Below are positions 37,942 through 47,496 of a DNA stretch of 64,000 nt, one piece after another. The translations under genes were made by a program, and so were the position numbers. The notes below the pieces were generated by a model that was not told the DNA's origin, did not search any database, and saw nothing but the letters and a program-made list of their open reading frames with translations. The first letter of the stretch is position 1. Every line of letters starts with the position of its first letter. The stretch is from an uncultured Acidobacteriota bacterium (GTDB taxonomy: Bacteria > Acidobacteriota > Vicinamibacteria > Fen-336), in assembly GCA_963720545.1 (NCBI GenBank), contig OY970399.1, positions 2,528,001 through 2,592,000 of the forward strand, in the 5' to 3' direction.

Positions 37942-38879
37942 GCGTGCGACCGCAGCAAGGCATCGACCTCGGCGGCACTTGCCTGGGTGGCGGTGCCGCC
38001 CGCGCCGCGCGTCGCTAGGGCGCCGCAGGCGCTCGCCCGGCGCAGGCACTCGCGAGTCGTGGCGCCGCGCAGGAAAGCATCGAGATAGCCGGCGTCGAAC
38101 GAGTCGCCGGCCCCGGTCGTGTCGACGACCTCGATCGGAAACGCCGGCACGTGCAGGACGGCGTCGCCCTCGAGCGTCATGGCGCCGCCGGCGCCGAGCT
38201 TCACGACGGTGCGCGTGCGGCCGTTTTGAAGCGCCCGCAGCCCCGCGGCGGCGTCGGTCGCGCCGCTCACGGCCCGGCACTCCACCTCGTTCGGAAAGAA
38301 GAGGTCCACCTCGCGCAGCGTCTCGACGAGGTCTCGCCCCCAGGTCTGAGCCGGGTCGAAGCCCGGATCGAGCGACGTCGTCAGTCCGAGATGGCGCGCG
38401 CGCCGGAACACGTCCTTGAAATCGGCGCGCATCCCGGATTGCAGGAAATACGACGAGGCGTGCAGGTGCGCGAACCCCGCGAACGCTGCGTCGGCGACGT
38501 CACGGCCGGTGAGCGCGCCAATCGAGCCCGGGAAGGAGACGAGCGCCCGGTCCGCCGGCGCCGAGATCGACACGGTCACGCCCGTCTTGATGCCGTCGTC
38601 GCGCACCACGCGCGCGACGTCGACCCCGGCGCCTGTCATCGTGGCGACGCAGAACTCGCCCCACGGGTCGCGCCCTACCTTGCCGAGAAACGCGACCTCG
38701 GCGCCGAGCCGCGCGAGACCCACGGCGCAGATCGCGGAGGCGCTGCCCAGCGTCATGACGAAGTCTTCCACCAGGACTTCCTTGCCGGGGGCGGGGAAGT
38801 CGCGGTAGCCCTGAAGGATGAAGTCCACGTTGATCTCGCCGACGACGAGCAGCTTCGCGTTGGCCGCGGACGGGCGCAC
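37938..38879 (-). CDS. PfkB-family carbohydrate kinase
   Basis: VVGEINVD, GSASAICAVGLARLG, FFPNEVE, VVDTTGAGDSFDAG. Confidence 0.9.
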   Translation of the reverse strand: MRPSAANAKLLVVGEINVDFILQGYRDFPAPGKEVLVEDFVMTLGSASAICAVGLARLGAEVAFLGKVGRDPWGEFCVATMTGAGVDVARVVRDDGIKTGVTVSISAPADRALVSFPGSIGALTGRDVADAAFAGFAHLHASSYFLQSGMRADFKDVFRRARHLGLTTSLDPGFDPAQTWGRDLVETLREVDLFFPNEVECRAVSGATDAAAGLRALQNGRTRTVVKLGAGGAMTLEGDAVLHVPAFPIEVVDTTGAGDSFDAGYLDAFLRGATTRECLRRASACGALATRGAGGTATQASAAEVDALLRSHA

Positions 38880-38923
38880 GCTACGAGTCGCTGGCGAACG
38901 CGCGGCCGGGCGCTGGCAAAAAC

Positions 38924-38964
38924 ATAAGCATTGAAAGGTTAGTAAAGCAAAACGAAAGACGCAA
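38924..38964 (-). promoter_or_regulatory. promoter overlapped by AgaR-type CTTTC direct repeats
   Basis: Minus strand TTGCGT-17 bp-TAACCT; CTTTC/CTTTA/CTTTC/CTTAT spaced about 10 bp apart in an AT-rich island. Confidence 0.65.
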
Positions 38965-38986
38965 CGTGCAACGACCGCACTCGCCG

Positions 38987-40219
38987 TCAGGTCCGGGAAT
39001 GGATCGGAAAGCTCTCGACGACGCGGCTGATGACGCCGTCGGAGGGGGAGTCCGGCCGCAGCCCCTCGTGCCGGCAGCGGAAAAATGCGAGCAACTGGCC
39101 GACCAACACGTCGAGGATCGGCAGGTCGCCATCCGCCAGCGCCGCGCCGCGGTCGAAGTCGACAACAAGGTCGCGAGCGCCCTGCGTGAGCCCGGCCGGT
39201 ACGCCCGCGCCGACGACGACGCGCCGCTGGCCGAGCCGCTTGTGTTCGAGCTCGCAGATCAGGTCGATCTCGTAGGCCCGCACCATCGGATCGGAAGAGA
39301 GGAACGCGACGACCAGGCTGTCGTCGTGGACCGCGGACATCGGTCCGTGTCGCAGCCCCAGGTAGGACTCGGCCATGGTGTGCACACGTCCGCCGGTCAT
39401 CTCGAGCATCTTCAGGGCCGCCTCGCGGGCGGCGCCGAGGCGGCAGCCGCTGCCCAGGTAGAGCACCGAGCGGAAGTCGCTGCGCGCGACCTCGCGGAGC
39501 GGCTCGGCGGCGCCGCTCAGGACGGCGGCGGCAGAGGCGGCCAGCACCGAAGCGTCGGCGGCGCCTTGCTGCGGGCCGCCGGGGATGCCAGACAGCAGCC
39601 GGGCCGCGAGCGTCATGTTGGTGAAGCTGCTGGTCATGGCCAGGCTCTTGTCGTTGGTGCTCTCGTCGAGGACAACGGTACGCACGCGCGGCGCCGCGCG
39701 GTAGTTGCTCGCGAGCGCGCCGTCGCGGCTGCAGGTGATGAGGAGCTGTGAGGCGCGCTCTTGCGCGAGCAGGTCGGTGACGACCGCGCGGCTCTCCGGG
39801 CTGTTGCCCGAACGCGCGAACGACACGACAAGAAAAGGTCCCGACGGCGGCAGGGAGCCGCGCGGGTGCGTCAGCAGCTGGCCGGCGTTCACCGCACTCA
39901 CCGGCACACCGAACGCTTCCTGCAGCGGCACGGCGACGCACTCGCCGGCGTAGAGCGAGCTGCCCGAGCCGGTGAGCACGATGCTGCCGCTCCGATCGCC
40001 GATCCCGGCCGCCTGCAGGGACTCCGCCACCAGCCCGCGGCACGCCCCAAGCCGGGCGGCGGTTCCGAGCCAGGTCGCCGGCTGCTGGCAGATCTCGCGC
40101 AGCGTATGGCCGTAGCCAAGCTCGATCTGCTCGTTCTGGGGCGCCGAAAGCAGCGCGCCGACCTCGCCGCTGCCGGTCAAGTGCTGCAGCCAGGACTCGA
40201 TGTCGGCCGGCGGGTTCAC
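38987..40219 (-). CDS. agaS: SIS-domain galactosamine-6-phosphate deaminase/isomerase
   Basis: TLREICQQP, LTGSGSS, VSFARSGNSPES, NDKSLAMTSSFTNM, LGLRHGP. Confidence 0.88.
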   Translation of the reverse strand: MNPPADIESWLQHLTGSGEVGALLSAPQNEQIELGYGHTLREICQQPATWLGTAARLGACRGLVAESLQAAGIGDRSGSIVLTGSGSSLYAGECVAVPLQEAFGVPVSAVNAGQLLTHPRGSLPPSGPFLVVSFARSGNSPESRAVVTDLLAQERASQLLITCSRDGALASNYRAAPRVRTVVLDESTNDKSLAMTSSFTNMTLAARLLSGIPGGPQQGAADASVLAASAAAVLSGAAEPLREVARSDFRSVLYLGSGCRLGAAREAALKMLEMTGGRVHTMAESYLGLRHGPMSAVHDDSLVVAFLSSDPMVRAYEIDLICELEHKRLGQRRVVVGAGVPAGLTQGARDLVVDFDRGAALADGDLPILDVLVGQLLAFFRCRHEGLRPDSPSDGVISRVVESFPIHSRT

Positions 40220-40352
40220 GCGTTCGCTCCAACCGGGCCTTGCCACTTGACAACCATCGCGGCAACCCTCAGATAATATAAGGCAAGCATGTGTAATATC
40301 TCGCAATCAGACGAAGGATACAAGTGACGGTCCGCACCCCGAGCGGCCGGCA

Positions 40353-41180
40353 TTGAGCCGCGCCAGCGGCGCCCGCCGGCGCAGGCCGCCGCCGGCCGCC
40401 GCGCCGCCGGAGAAGCTCTTCGTCGAGGAGCGCCGCCGACAGATCATCGAGCAGATCGAGGCGAAACAGCGCGTCACCGTCGAGCAGTTGACCGACCGTT
40501 TCGCCGTTTCGGCCGTCACCATCCGCGGCGACCTCGACGCGCTCGCACAGGCGGGCGCCGTGGTCCGCTCGCACGGCGGCGCGCTGCGGCGCCGGGAGGG
40601 CGACGACATCCCGCTCGCCGTCAAAGCGACGCAGCACCATGAGGAGAAGGTCCGCATCGCCCAGGCCGCGGTGCGCGAGATCAACGACGGCGAGACCATC
40701 ATGCTCGACTCCGGCACCTCGACCGCCGAAATCGCGCGCCAGATCCGCACCCTGAAACTGCGCTCGCTGAACGTGATCACCAACGCCCTCAACGTCGCGA
40801 TGGACCTAGCCAACCTGCCGCACGTGCGGCTCATCATGCTGGGCGGAATGCTGCGGCACATGTCCTACTCGCTTGCCGGCCCGCAGGCGGAGCAGGTGCT
40901 GCGCGGCCTGCACGCGGACCGCTTGTTCCTCGGGGTCGACAGCCTAGACCCCGAGATTGGCCTGATGACACCCGATGTCCTCGAAGCGCAGTTGAACGCG
41001 CTCATGATCCAGGTCTCGCGCGAGGTGATCGCGGTGACCGATTCCTCGAAGTTCCAGCGCCGCAGCCTGTCAGTGATCGCCAGCATCGACAAACTGCACA
41101 AGCTGATCACTGACACCGGCGCGAGTCCGCAGATGGTGGCGGCTCTGCGCGCGCGTGGCGTCAAAGTGATTCTCGTCTGA
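40353..41180 (+). CDS. agaR: DeoR/GlpR-family regulator (AgaR-like)
   Basis: ERRRQI...VSAVTIRGDL...RSHGGA HTH; LDSGTST; divergent from agaS. Confidence 0.85.
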   Translation: MSRASGARRRRPPPAAAPPEKLFVEERRRQIIEQIEAKQRVTVEQLTDRFAVSAVTIRGDLDALAQAGAVVRSHGGALRRREGDDIPLAVKATQHHEEKVRIAQAAVREINDGETIMLDSGTSTAEIARQIRTLKLRSLNVITNALNVAMDLANLPHVRLIMLGGMLRHMSYSLAGPQAEQVLRGLHADRLFLGVDSLDPEIGLMTPDVLEAQLNALMIQVSREVIAVTDSSKFQRRSLSVIASIDKLHKLITDTGASPQMVAALRARGVKVILV

Positions 41181-41185
41181 GCCGC

Positions 41186-42181
41186 ATGCGAAGCGGCCCT
41201 GGGTCGTCGCCGCGCCGCCAATCGCGGCCACTCGGCATCGGCAAGCTGCGCGGGCTGCAACAATGCTCCACGGCCGGCGCGACTTTTTCCATACTGGCGC
41301 TCGACCACCGCCAGAACCTCAGGCGCGCGCTGCGTCCCGATGCACCGCAGGCGGTGAGCGACGACGAGCTCGTGGCGTTCAAGCGGGCGGCGGTGGCCGG
41401 CGTCGCCACGGCCGCCACAGCGGTCCTGCTCGACCCGGAGTTCGGCGCCGCGCAGGCGATCGCTGCCGGCAGCCTGCCGGGCGATCGCGGCCTGGTCGTC
41501 GCCGTCGAAGCGACTGGCTATGACGGAGAGCCCAGCGCGCGACGCAGCGCGATTCTGCCCGACTGGACGGTTGCCAAAGCCCGGCGGATGGGTGCAAGCG
41601 CGGTGAAGCTGCTCGTCTACTACCACCCCGCGGCGCCGACCGCGCCGCAGGTGGAGCAGCTGGTGCGCGACGTGGCCGCCGATTGTGCGCGCGAGGATCT
41701 GCCGCTGCTGCTCGAGCCGCTCAGCTATTCGCCTGATCCCGAGCGCCCGCGCTTGTCGGCCGCGGAGCGCGGCCAGGTCATCGTCACGACCGCGCGGCGC
41801 CTGGTGAGCACCGGGGTCGACATCCTCAAAGCCGAATTTCCCGGCGACGCCTCGAACGCGGACGGCTGGTTCGATGCCTGCCGCGAGCTCTCCGCGGCTA
41901 GCGCCGCCCCGTGGCTACTGCTTTCGGGATCCGTGGACTACGACACGTTCCTGGCCCAGGCCGAAGCGGCTTGCCGCGCGGGCGCTTCGGGCGTCGCCGT
42001 GGGGCGCAGTGTGTGGAGCGAGGCCACGGCGCTCGCCGCCGACGCGCGCGCTGCGTTCTTGCAGACGACCGCGCGCGAGCGCATGGCCCGGCTAACGGCC
42101 CTGTGCGTGTCGACGGCATGGCCGTGGACGGGGTTCTACCACCCGGCGTCGCTGCCGCCCCGCTGGTATGAGGATTACTGA
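41186..42181 (+). CDS. lacD: tagatose-1,6-bisphosphate aldolase, class I (LacD family)
   Basis: ILALDHRQNL, VLLDPEFG, AVKLLVYYHP, DILKAEFP, GASGVAVGRSVW. Confidence 0.85.
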   Translation: MRSGPGSSPRRQSRPLGIGKLRGLQQCSTAGATFSILALDHRQNLRRALRPDAPQAVSDDELVAFKRAAVAGVATAATAVLLDPEFGAAQAIAAGSLPGDRGLVVAVEATGYDGEPSARRSAILPDWTVAKARRMGASAVKLLVYYHPAAPTAPQVEQLVRDVAADCAREDLPLLLEPLSYSPDPERPRLSAAERGQVIVTTARRLVSTGVDILKAEFPGDASNADGWFDACRELSAASAAPWLLLSGSVDYDTFLAQAEAACRAGASGVAVGRSVWSEATALAADARAAFLQTTARERMARLTALCVSTAWPWTGFYHPASLPPRWYEDY

Positions 42182-42278
42182 GCGCCCGCCTCTGCCTCCG
42201 CGTAGCCTGTAGCGCGGGCGCGCTGCGTGCGCGCGACCTTACGATCGGCGCCGGCGGTCGTTTCCCAAGGGAGGTACG

Positions 42279-42686
42279 ATGCGGACCGGAATGTTGCTCG
42301 CGGCGCTGCTGACGATGGGCGGTGGCGTCGCAGCCGAGTCGTCCGAGGACGAGTTGCAGGTGCGGCAGTCGCTCTCCTCCTTCTACAGGGATGCCGCGCG
42401 CAACGACTTTCGCAACGCCGACCGATATGCGGCGCTCGACTGGACCCACGTCGATGCGCGCGGCGCACGCAGCCGCGGCCGCGATGCCGTGCTGGCGGCG
42501 CTGCGGCGGGAGATTGGCGGTGGCGTGCCGGTGATCGAGGAAACGACGGTGCGGTTTCCCACCCAGGAAGTTGCGGTCGCCACCGTCGTCGACAACGCCG
42601 GCCAGCGGCGCGTGCGCACCTTCGTGCTGGTGAAGCAGAAGGGCCGCTGGCGCATTACCCAGGATCAGGCCACCGAGGTTCAATGA
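42279..42686 (+). CDS. secreted NTF2-like (DUF4440/SnoaL-like) protein
   Basis: GGAGG RBS; signal peptide; TFVLVKQKGRWRI terminal strands. Confidence 0.7.
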   Translation: MRTGMLLAALLTMGGGVAAESSEDELQVRQSLSSFYRDAARNDFRNADRYAALDWTHVDARGARSRGRDAVLAALRREIGGGVPVIEETTVRFPTQEVAVATVVDNAGQRRVRTFVLVKQKGRWRITQDQATEVQ

Positions 42687-42698
42687 AAGCGGGAGCGC

Positions 42699-44090
42699 AT
42701 GATTAGCCAGGCCGCAGCCGAACGCCGTCAGAACCGCGCACGTACGCTGCTCGCCAACCATTCGTGGCACGAGCTGCGCCGGATGCTTGCCGGGCTGCAC
42801 GCCGCCGACGTTGCCGACGTGATGGGCGCCTTCGAGGGCGATGACGAGCTGATCCTCTTCCGCCTGCTCGGTTCCGGCAAGGGCGACGTGTTCGCCTACC
42901 TGCCGCCCGATCGCCAGCGGCGCATCCTGCGCACCGTGCCCCCGCAGCAGCTCGCAGAGATCGTCGGCCAGATGCGGCCCGACGATCGCGCGCGCATGGT
43001 GGAGGTGCTGCCCAAGCCGATAGCGCACGCCATTCTCGGGCGGCTGCCCCCTTCCGAGCTGAAGGCGAGCCTGGCGCTCCTCAGCTATCCCGAGAACACC
43101 GCCGGCCGCTACATGACGCCGAACTTTGCGTCGGTCGCGCCCGGAATGACCGCTGCCGAAGCGCTGGAGCACGTCCGGCGCACCGGCCGCAACAAGGAGA
43201 CGCTGAACGTCGTCTACGTGGTGGATGAGCACGGCAAGCTGCTCGCGGGCGTGCGCCTCGGCTCGCTGGTGCTGGCGGCACCCGGCACGCTGGTCACCGA
43301 CACCGACGACTCGCCGCTGGTGGCGCTGCCCGACACCACACCGCGCGAGGAAGTGCTGCGCATCTTCGAACGCTACGACCGCGTCGCCCTGCCGGTGGTG
43401 GACGACGAGTTCCTGATGCTCGGCATCATCACCATCGACGACATCCTCGACGTCGCCGAGGCGCAAACGACCAAAGGCATTCACAAGATGGGCGGCCTCG
43501 AGGCGCTCGACATGCCCTACGAGACCGTCGGCTTCTGGGAGATGGCGCGCAAGCGCGGCGGCTGGCTCGCCGCCCTGTTCATCGGCGAGATGCTGACGGC
43601 CACTGCCATGAGCCACTACGAGCACGAGATCGCGCGCGCCGTGGTGCTCGCCTTGTTCGTGCCGCTCATCATCAGCAGCGGCGGCAACTCCGGCTCGCAG
43701 GCGGCCTCGCTCATCATCCGCGCGCTGGCGCTCGAGGAGCTGCGCATTCGCGACTGGCTGCGCGTCTGCCGCCGCGAGATCTTCTCCGGCTTGACGCTCG
43801 GCGCCGGGCTCGGCGTCATCGGCTTCGTGCGCATCGTGCTGTGGCAAAAGTTCGGCATCAACGACTACGGCCCGCACTACCTGCTGTTGGCAGCAGCGGT
43901 CGCGATGAGCCTCGTCGGCGTCGTCACGTTTGGCACGCTCTCGGGCAGCATGCTGCCGTTCCTGCTGCGGCGCTTCGGCTTCGATCCGGCCACCAGCTCG
44001 GCGCCGTTCGTTGCGACGCTCGTGGACGTCACCGGCCTCGTCATCTACTTCCAGGTGGCGGCGCTGATCCTGCGCGGCACCTTGTTGTGA
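42699..44090 (+). CDS. mgtE: magnesium transporter MgtE
   Basis: YPENTAGRYMT CBS pair; SSGGNSGSQ; DPATSSAPFVATLVDVTG. Confidence 0.95.
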   Translation: MISQAAAERRQNRARTLLANHSWHELRRMLAGLHAADVADVMGAFEGDDELILFRLLGSGKGDVFAYLPPDRQRRILRTVPPQQLAEIVGQMRPDDRARMVEVLPKPIAHAILGRLPPSELKASLALLSYPENTAGRYMTPNFASVAPGMTAAEALEHVRRTGRNKETLNVVYVVDEHGKLLAGVRLGSLVLAAPGTLVTDTDDSPLVALPDTTPREEVLRIFERYDRVALPVVDDEFLMLGIITIDDILDVAEAQTTKGIHKMGGLEALDMPYETVGFWEMARKRGGWLAALFIGEMLTATAMSHYEHEIARAVVLALFVPLIISSGGNSGSQAASLIIRALALEELRIRDWLRVCRREIFSGLTLGAGLGVIGFVRIVLWQKFGINDYGPHYLLLAAAVAMSLVGVVTFGTLSGSMLPFLLRRFGFDPATSSAPFVATLVDVTGLVIYFQVAALILRGTLL

Positions 44091-44100
44091 GCGCTTCGCT

Positions 44101-45048
44101 TTAGCGGAACTGCGCGAAGAATGCCGCGGCGGTGCGGTCGCGTTCCACGCGGTTGCGGAAGAGGGTGTGTCCGTCGTCGTCGAAGATCCGCACCGCGTAG
44201 CGGGAACCTTGCTTCGACAGCGCCCTGGCGAGCTCCAGCGTGTGCGTCACAGGCACTCCCTTATCGTCCGTGCCGTGCATCAGCAGCAGCGGCACGGTGA
44301 GCGCTTCGGGCCAGCGGCGGGCCGAGCGCGCCGCGACGATGCCGGCTCGGTTGGTCGCGAAGTCGCTTCCCCAGATCTGCGGGCCGAGAGCCGCAGCCCG
44401 TTCGTCGGAGTTCAGGTACTCATCCAGGTCGGTGATGGCGCCGAAGGTGGCCGCTGCGCGCGCCTTCAGCCCTGCGCGTATCGCGAGAAACGTCATGATG
44501 CCGCCGCGCGACTCGCCGTAGAGGAACAGCGCTTCGGTGTTGGCCGCGTGCAGTGCCGCGGCGGCAATGACGGCGTTGCCGATGTCGTGGACGTCGGCGC
44601 CGCCCATCTCGTCGTGGCCCGCCATGCCGTCGCTGCCGCGAAACATCGGCGCCAGCACCGTGAAGCCCGCCTCGGCGAGGCGGTGAAAGGTCGCCGCGAG
44701 ATGCGGCGCTTGTCCTTCGACCACGTAGCTGCCGCGCAGGAACACGATGAGCGGACGCAGTGCCGCCGGCGCCACCGCCGGGCGGTAGAGGTAGGCACTG
44801 ACCTCGAGGCCGTCGCTGCGGTATGTGAATCGCTCGAGGCGGTACTCGGTGTCGGCGCGCAACGCGTCGTACTCCGCACGCTCCGTCGAACGGTCAAGGC
44901 GTTCCACGGACTCCCACGCGGGCAGCCTCACTACCGCCGGCTGCTGCACGATCGTGCTGTCGGCTTCGTTGCCGGCCGCGCTCGCGCTGGCGCAGGACCA
45001 GAGAGCGAGCGACATGGCCAGGGCGGCGGCGCTGGTGCGCTGGTTCAT
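44101..45048 (-). CDS. secreted S9/prolyl oligopeptidase-like alpha/beta hydrolase
   Basis: YRSDGLEV, GESRGG nucleophile, LLLMHGTDD, DDGH. Confidence 0.85.
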   Translation of the reverse strand: MNQRTSAAALAMSLALWSCASASAAGNEADSTIVQQPAVVRLPAWESVERLDRSTERAEYDALRADTEYRLERFTYRSDGLEVSAYLYRPAVAPAALRPLIVFLRGSYVVEGQAPHLAATFHRLAEAGFTVLAPMFRGSDGMAGHDEMGGADVHDIGNAVIAAAALHAANTEALFLYGESRGGIMTFLAIRAGLKARAAATFGAITDLDEYLNSDERAAALGPQIWGSDFATNRAGIVAARSARRWPEALTVPLLLMHGTDDKGVPVTHTLELARALSKQGSRYAVRIFDDDGHTLFRNRVERDRTAAAFFAQFR

Positions 45049-46406
45049 GTCGTCTTGACGAGCGAAGCGCGCGATTGGTTCCCGCGCCATGCGTCGAGCA
45101 TGAGAATGCCGATGACGACCAGCGACCAGAAGACGGCGCGTCCCGGCGTCAGCGCCGGCTGCGTGAGGCGCGGCAGAATGTCGTTGAGCGACGCGCCGCC
45201 GATGCTCAGCGCGTCCCAGATCGGGGCCGGCCCCGCGCGATCGGCCAGCAGCAGGCGCGCGTCCGGCCGCGCGCTCATGTAGAGCGCGAGAGCCAGGCCC
45301 CAGGCGAGCAGCAGGTAGCGGCAGCGGGCGAGGCCGCCCCGCCACTCGGCCACGCGGCAGGCGGCCGCGATGGCCAGGAACGGCACCAGCGGCACGAGGA
45401 AGCGCGCCGGCGGACAAAAACCCGCCCACCAGGTGCGCCACAGCAGGACGGGCAGCACCAGCGAGACGGCGAGTGTCGCTGCCCAGAAGCGCGCGGCGCC
45501 GAGGCGGTGCCACCACGAAGCCGCGCCGGCGAGGCCGAGGATGAAGGCAGGTGCGATGGGCAGCAGCCCGAAGGCGCCATCCAGGAGCAGCCCGGGCAGG
45601 CTGAGCCACGGCGACGAGCGCTGGATCTTGCGCGGCACCTTCGAGCCGTAGAGGGACAGCGGTGACGGGTCGCCGAACACGCGGTAGTGGTGCAGCGCGT
45701 ACGCGGCCAGGAATGCCCCGACGACGCAGCCGAACGCAATCCGCTCACGGCCGCGCAGGCGCGCGAGGCCCATGAGCGCGAGCACGGCCATCGCCGGGAT
45801 CATCTTGACGTGCAGCAGCGGCAGCGCGCCGACGCAGGCCGCGGCCAGCACGGCACGTGCCATGCCGCGCGGGTGGAGCAGCAGCAGGAAGCCGCCGAAC
45901 ACCAGCAGCGCGGAGGGCGACTCCGTGTAGACGTGGAACCCGTAGAAGAAGAGCGGCGGGGAGGCGGCGAGAAGCCATGCCGTGAGCGCGGCATCGGCAT
46001 CGCCGGTCAGCTCGAGCGCGAAGCGGTGCACGAGCGCGATGAGCGCGGCGGCGCAAACCGCCATCAGCACCACGCACGCCGCCCTGCCGCCCGCGGCATA
46101 GAACGGCGCCAGCAGCAGCGGCAAGCCGACGCTGTGGGTCGAAATCGGCCGGCCGTCGGCGCGCCAGGTGCCATACGGCATCTCGCGCAGGTCGTGGGTG
46201 TACTCGAGATGGTCGCCGCGCCTGAAGTTATCGGCAAGGTCGAGGTCGTGCTCGCGCCACAGGCTCTGCGCGAGCAGCAGGTACTCCACCTCGTCGCCGC
46301 TCGCCGGCACCGCGCGGACATAGCGCAGCCCGAAGCCGAGGATGAAAACCAGTGGCAGCAGGAAGAACGCGAGGCGCGGCAGCGCCGGAACGCGCCCCTT
46401 AGGCAC
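45045..46406 (-). CDS. polytopic membrane protein, GT-C-like
   Basis: GDEVEYLLLAQSL first-loop DE motif; YTESP; CPPARFLVP; many TM segments. Confidence 0.65.
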   Translation of the reverse strand: MPKGRVPALPRLAFFLLPLVFILGFGLRYVRAVPASGDEVEYLLLAQSLWREHDLDLADNFRRGDHLEYTHDLREMPYGTWRADGRPISTHSVGLPLLLAPFYAAGGRAACVVLMAVCAAALIALVHRFALELTGDADAALTAWLLAASPPLFFYGFHVYTESPSALLVFGGFLLLLHPRGMARAVLAAACVGALPLLHVKMIPAMAVLALMGLARLRGRERIAFGCVVGAFLAAYALHHYRVFGDPSPLSLYGSKVPRKIQRSSPWLSLPGLLLDGAFGLLPIAPAFILGLAGAASWWHRLGAARFWAATLAVSLVLPVLLWRTWWAGFCPPARFLVPLVPFLAIAAACRVAEWRGGLARCRYLLLAWGLALALYMSARPDARLLLADRAGPAPIWDALSIGGASLNDILPRLTQPALTPGRAVFWSLVVIGILMLDAWRGNQSRASLVKTT

Positions 46407-47466
46407 GCACGAGCGTGGCGCCCCAGCTCATGCCGGCGCCGAATGCCACCATCAGGACCAGGTCGTTCCGCTGGATGCGCCCCGCGCGCACCGCCTCGTC
46501 CCAGAGCAGCGGGATGGTGGCGGCGGTGGTGTTCCCGTAACGCTCGATGTTGTGGATCATCTTGCTGTCGGGAATGCCGAGCGCCAGCTGGCAATGCTCG
46601 TTGATGCGCTTGTTCGCCTGGTGCATCAGCACGATCGCGAGGTCGTCGACGCCGATCGCGTTCCGCTCCAGCACAGCCCGCGCGCTCGCGACCATGCTGG
46701 TGGTGGCGATGCGGAACACGTGGCGCCCGTCCATCACCGGGATGTGGTCGCCGCGCTCGATCTGCTCGTTGTCGATGTAGGGCCGGCGCCTGAATCCGGC
46801 GCCAGGAACGTACAGCTTGTCGTAGTCCGCGCCCTCGGTGTGCAGGTCGTGGTCGACGATGCCGCGGCCGTCCGACGCGTCGCTGGCGCGCACCACCACC
46901 GCGGCGCCGCCATCGCCGAACAGCACCGTGAGGTGGCGGAAGCGCGTGTTCCACTCCCACTCCTGCGGCGTCGGCGCGGTTTGTGACTCCGAATACAGGT
47001 AGCGCCAGTTCTCCTTGCTGAAGGGCATGAAGCCGCTGTGCACTTCCGCGCCGACGACCAGCACCGTTTTCGCGAGGCCAGAGCGCACGTGCGCATCGGC
47101 GAGCTGCAGGGCATACAGGAAGCCGACGCATTGCTGGCGGATGTCGAAGCAGGGAACCTGCCGTAATCCGAGCTCGGCCTGAAGCAGGGCGCCGTTCCCT
47201 GGAAAGAGGTGGTCCGGCGTCATGGTCGCGAACACCACGAGGTCCACCTCTTCGGGCGCGACCCCGGCCGACTCGAGCGCCTGGCGCGCCGCCGCGGCGC
47301 CGAGCGCCAGGGAGCCGGTGCCTTCCTCAACGTAATGGCGCTGCACCACACCGCTGCGCTCGCGGATCCAGGAATCGCTCGTCTCCATGACGCGGGCGAG
47401 CATGTCGTTGGTCACCGCGCGCGGCGGGATCGCGGCGCCGCTGCCGGCGATGAGGGATCGGGACAT
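46399..47466 (-). CDS. fabH: 3-oxoacyl-ACP synthase III
   Basis: WIRERSG, QQCVGF catalytic Cys, LFGDGG, HQANKRI, YGNTTAATIP, AFGAGMSWG. Confidence 0.9.
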   Translation of the reverse strand: MSRSLIAGSGAAIPPRAVTNDMLARVMETSDSWIRERSGVVQRHYVEEGTGSLALGAAAARQALESAGVAPEEVDLVVFATMTPDHLFPGNGALLQAELGLRQVPCFDIRQQCVGFLYALQLADAHVRSGLAKTVLVVGAEVHSGFMPFSKENWRYLYSESQTAPTPQEWEWNTRFRHLTVLFGDGGAAVVVRASDASDGRGIVDHDLHTEGADYDKLYVPGAGFRRRPYIDNEQIERGDHIPVMDGRHVFRIATTSMVASARAVLERNAIGVDDLAIVLMHQANKRINEHCQLALGIPDSKMIHNIERYGNTTAATIPLLWDEAVRAGRIQRNDLVLMVAFGAGMSWGATLVRA

Positions 47467-47496
47467 CGCTCCCGATTGTAGGCTAACGTCGTTGAC

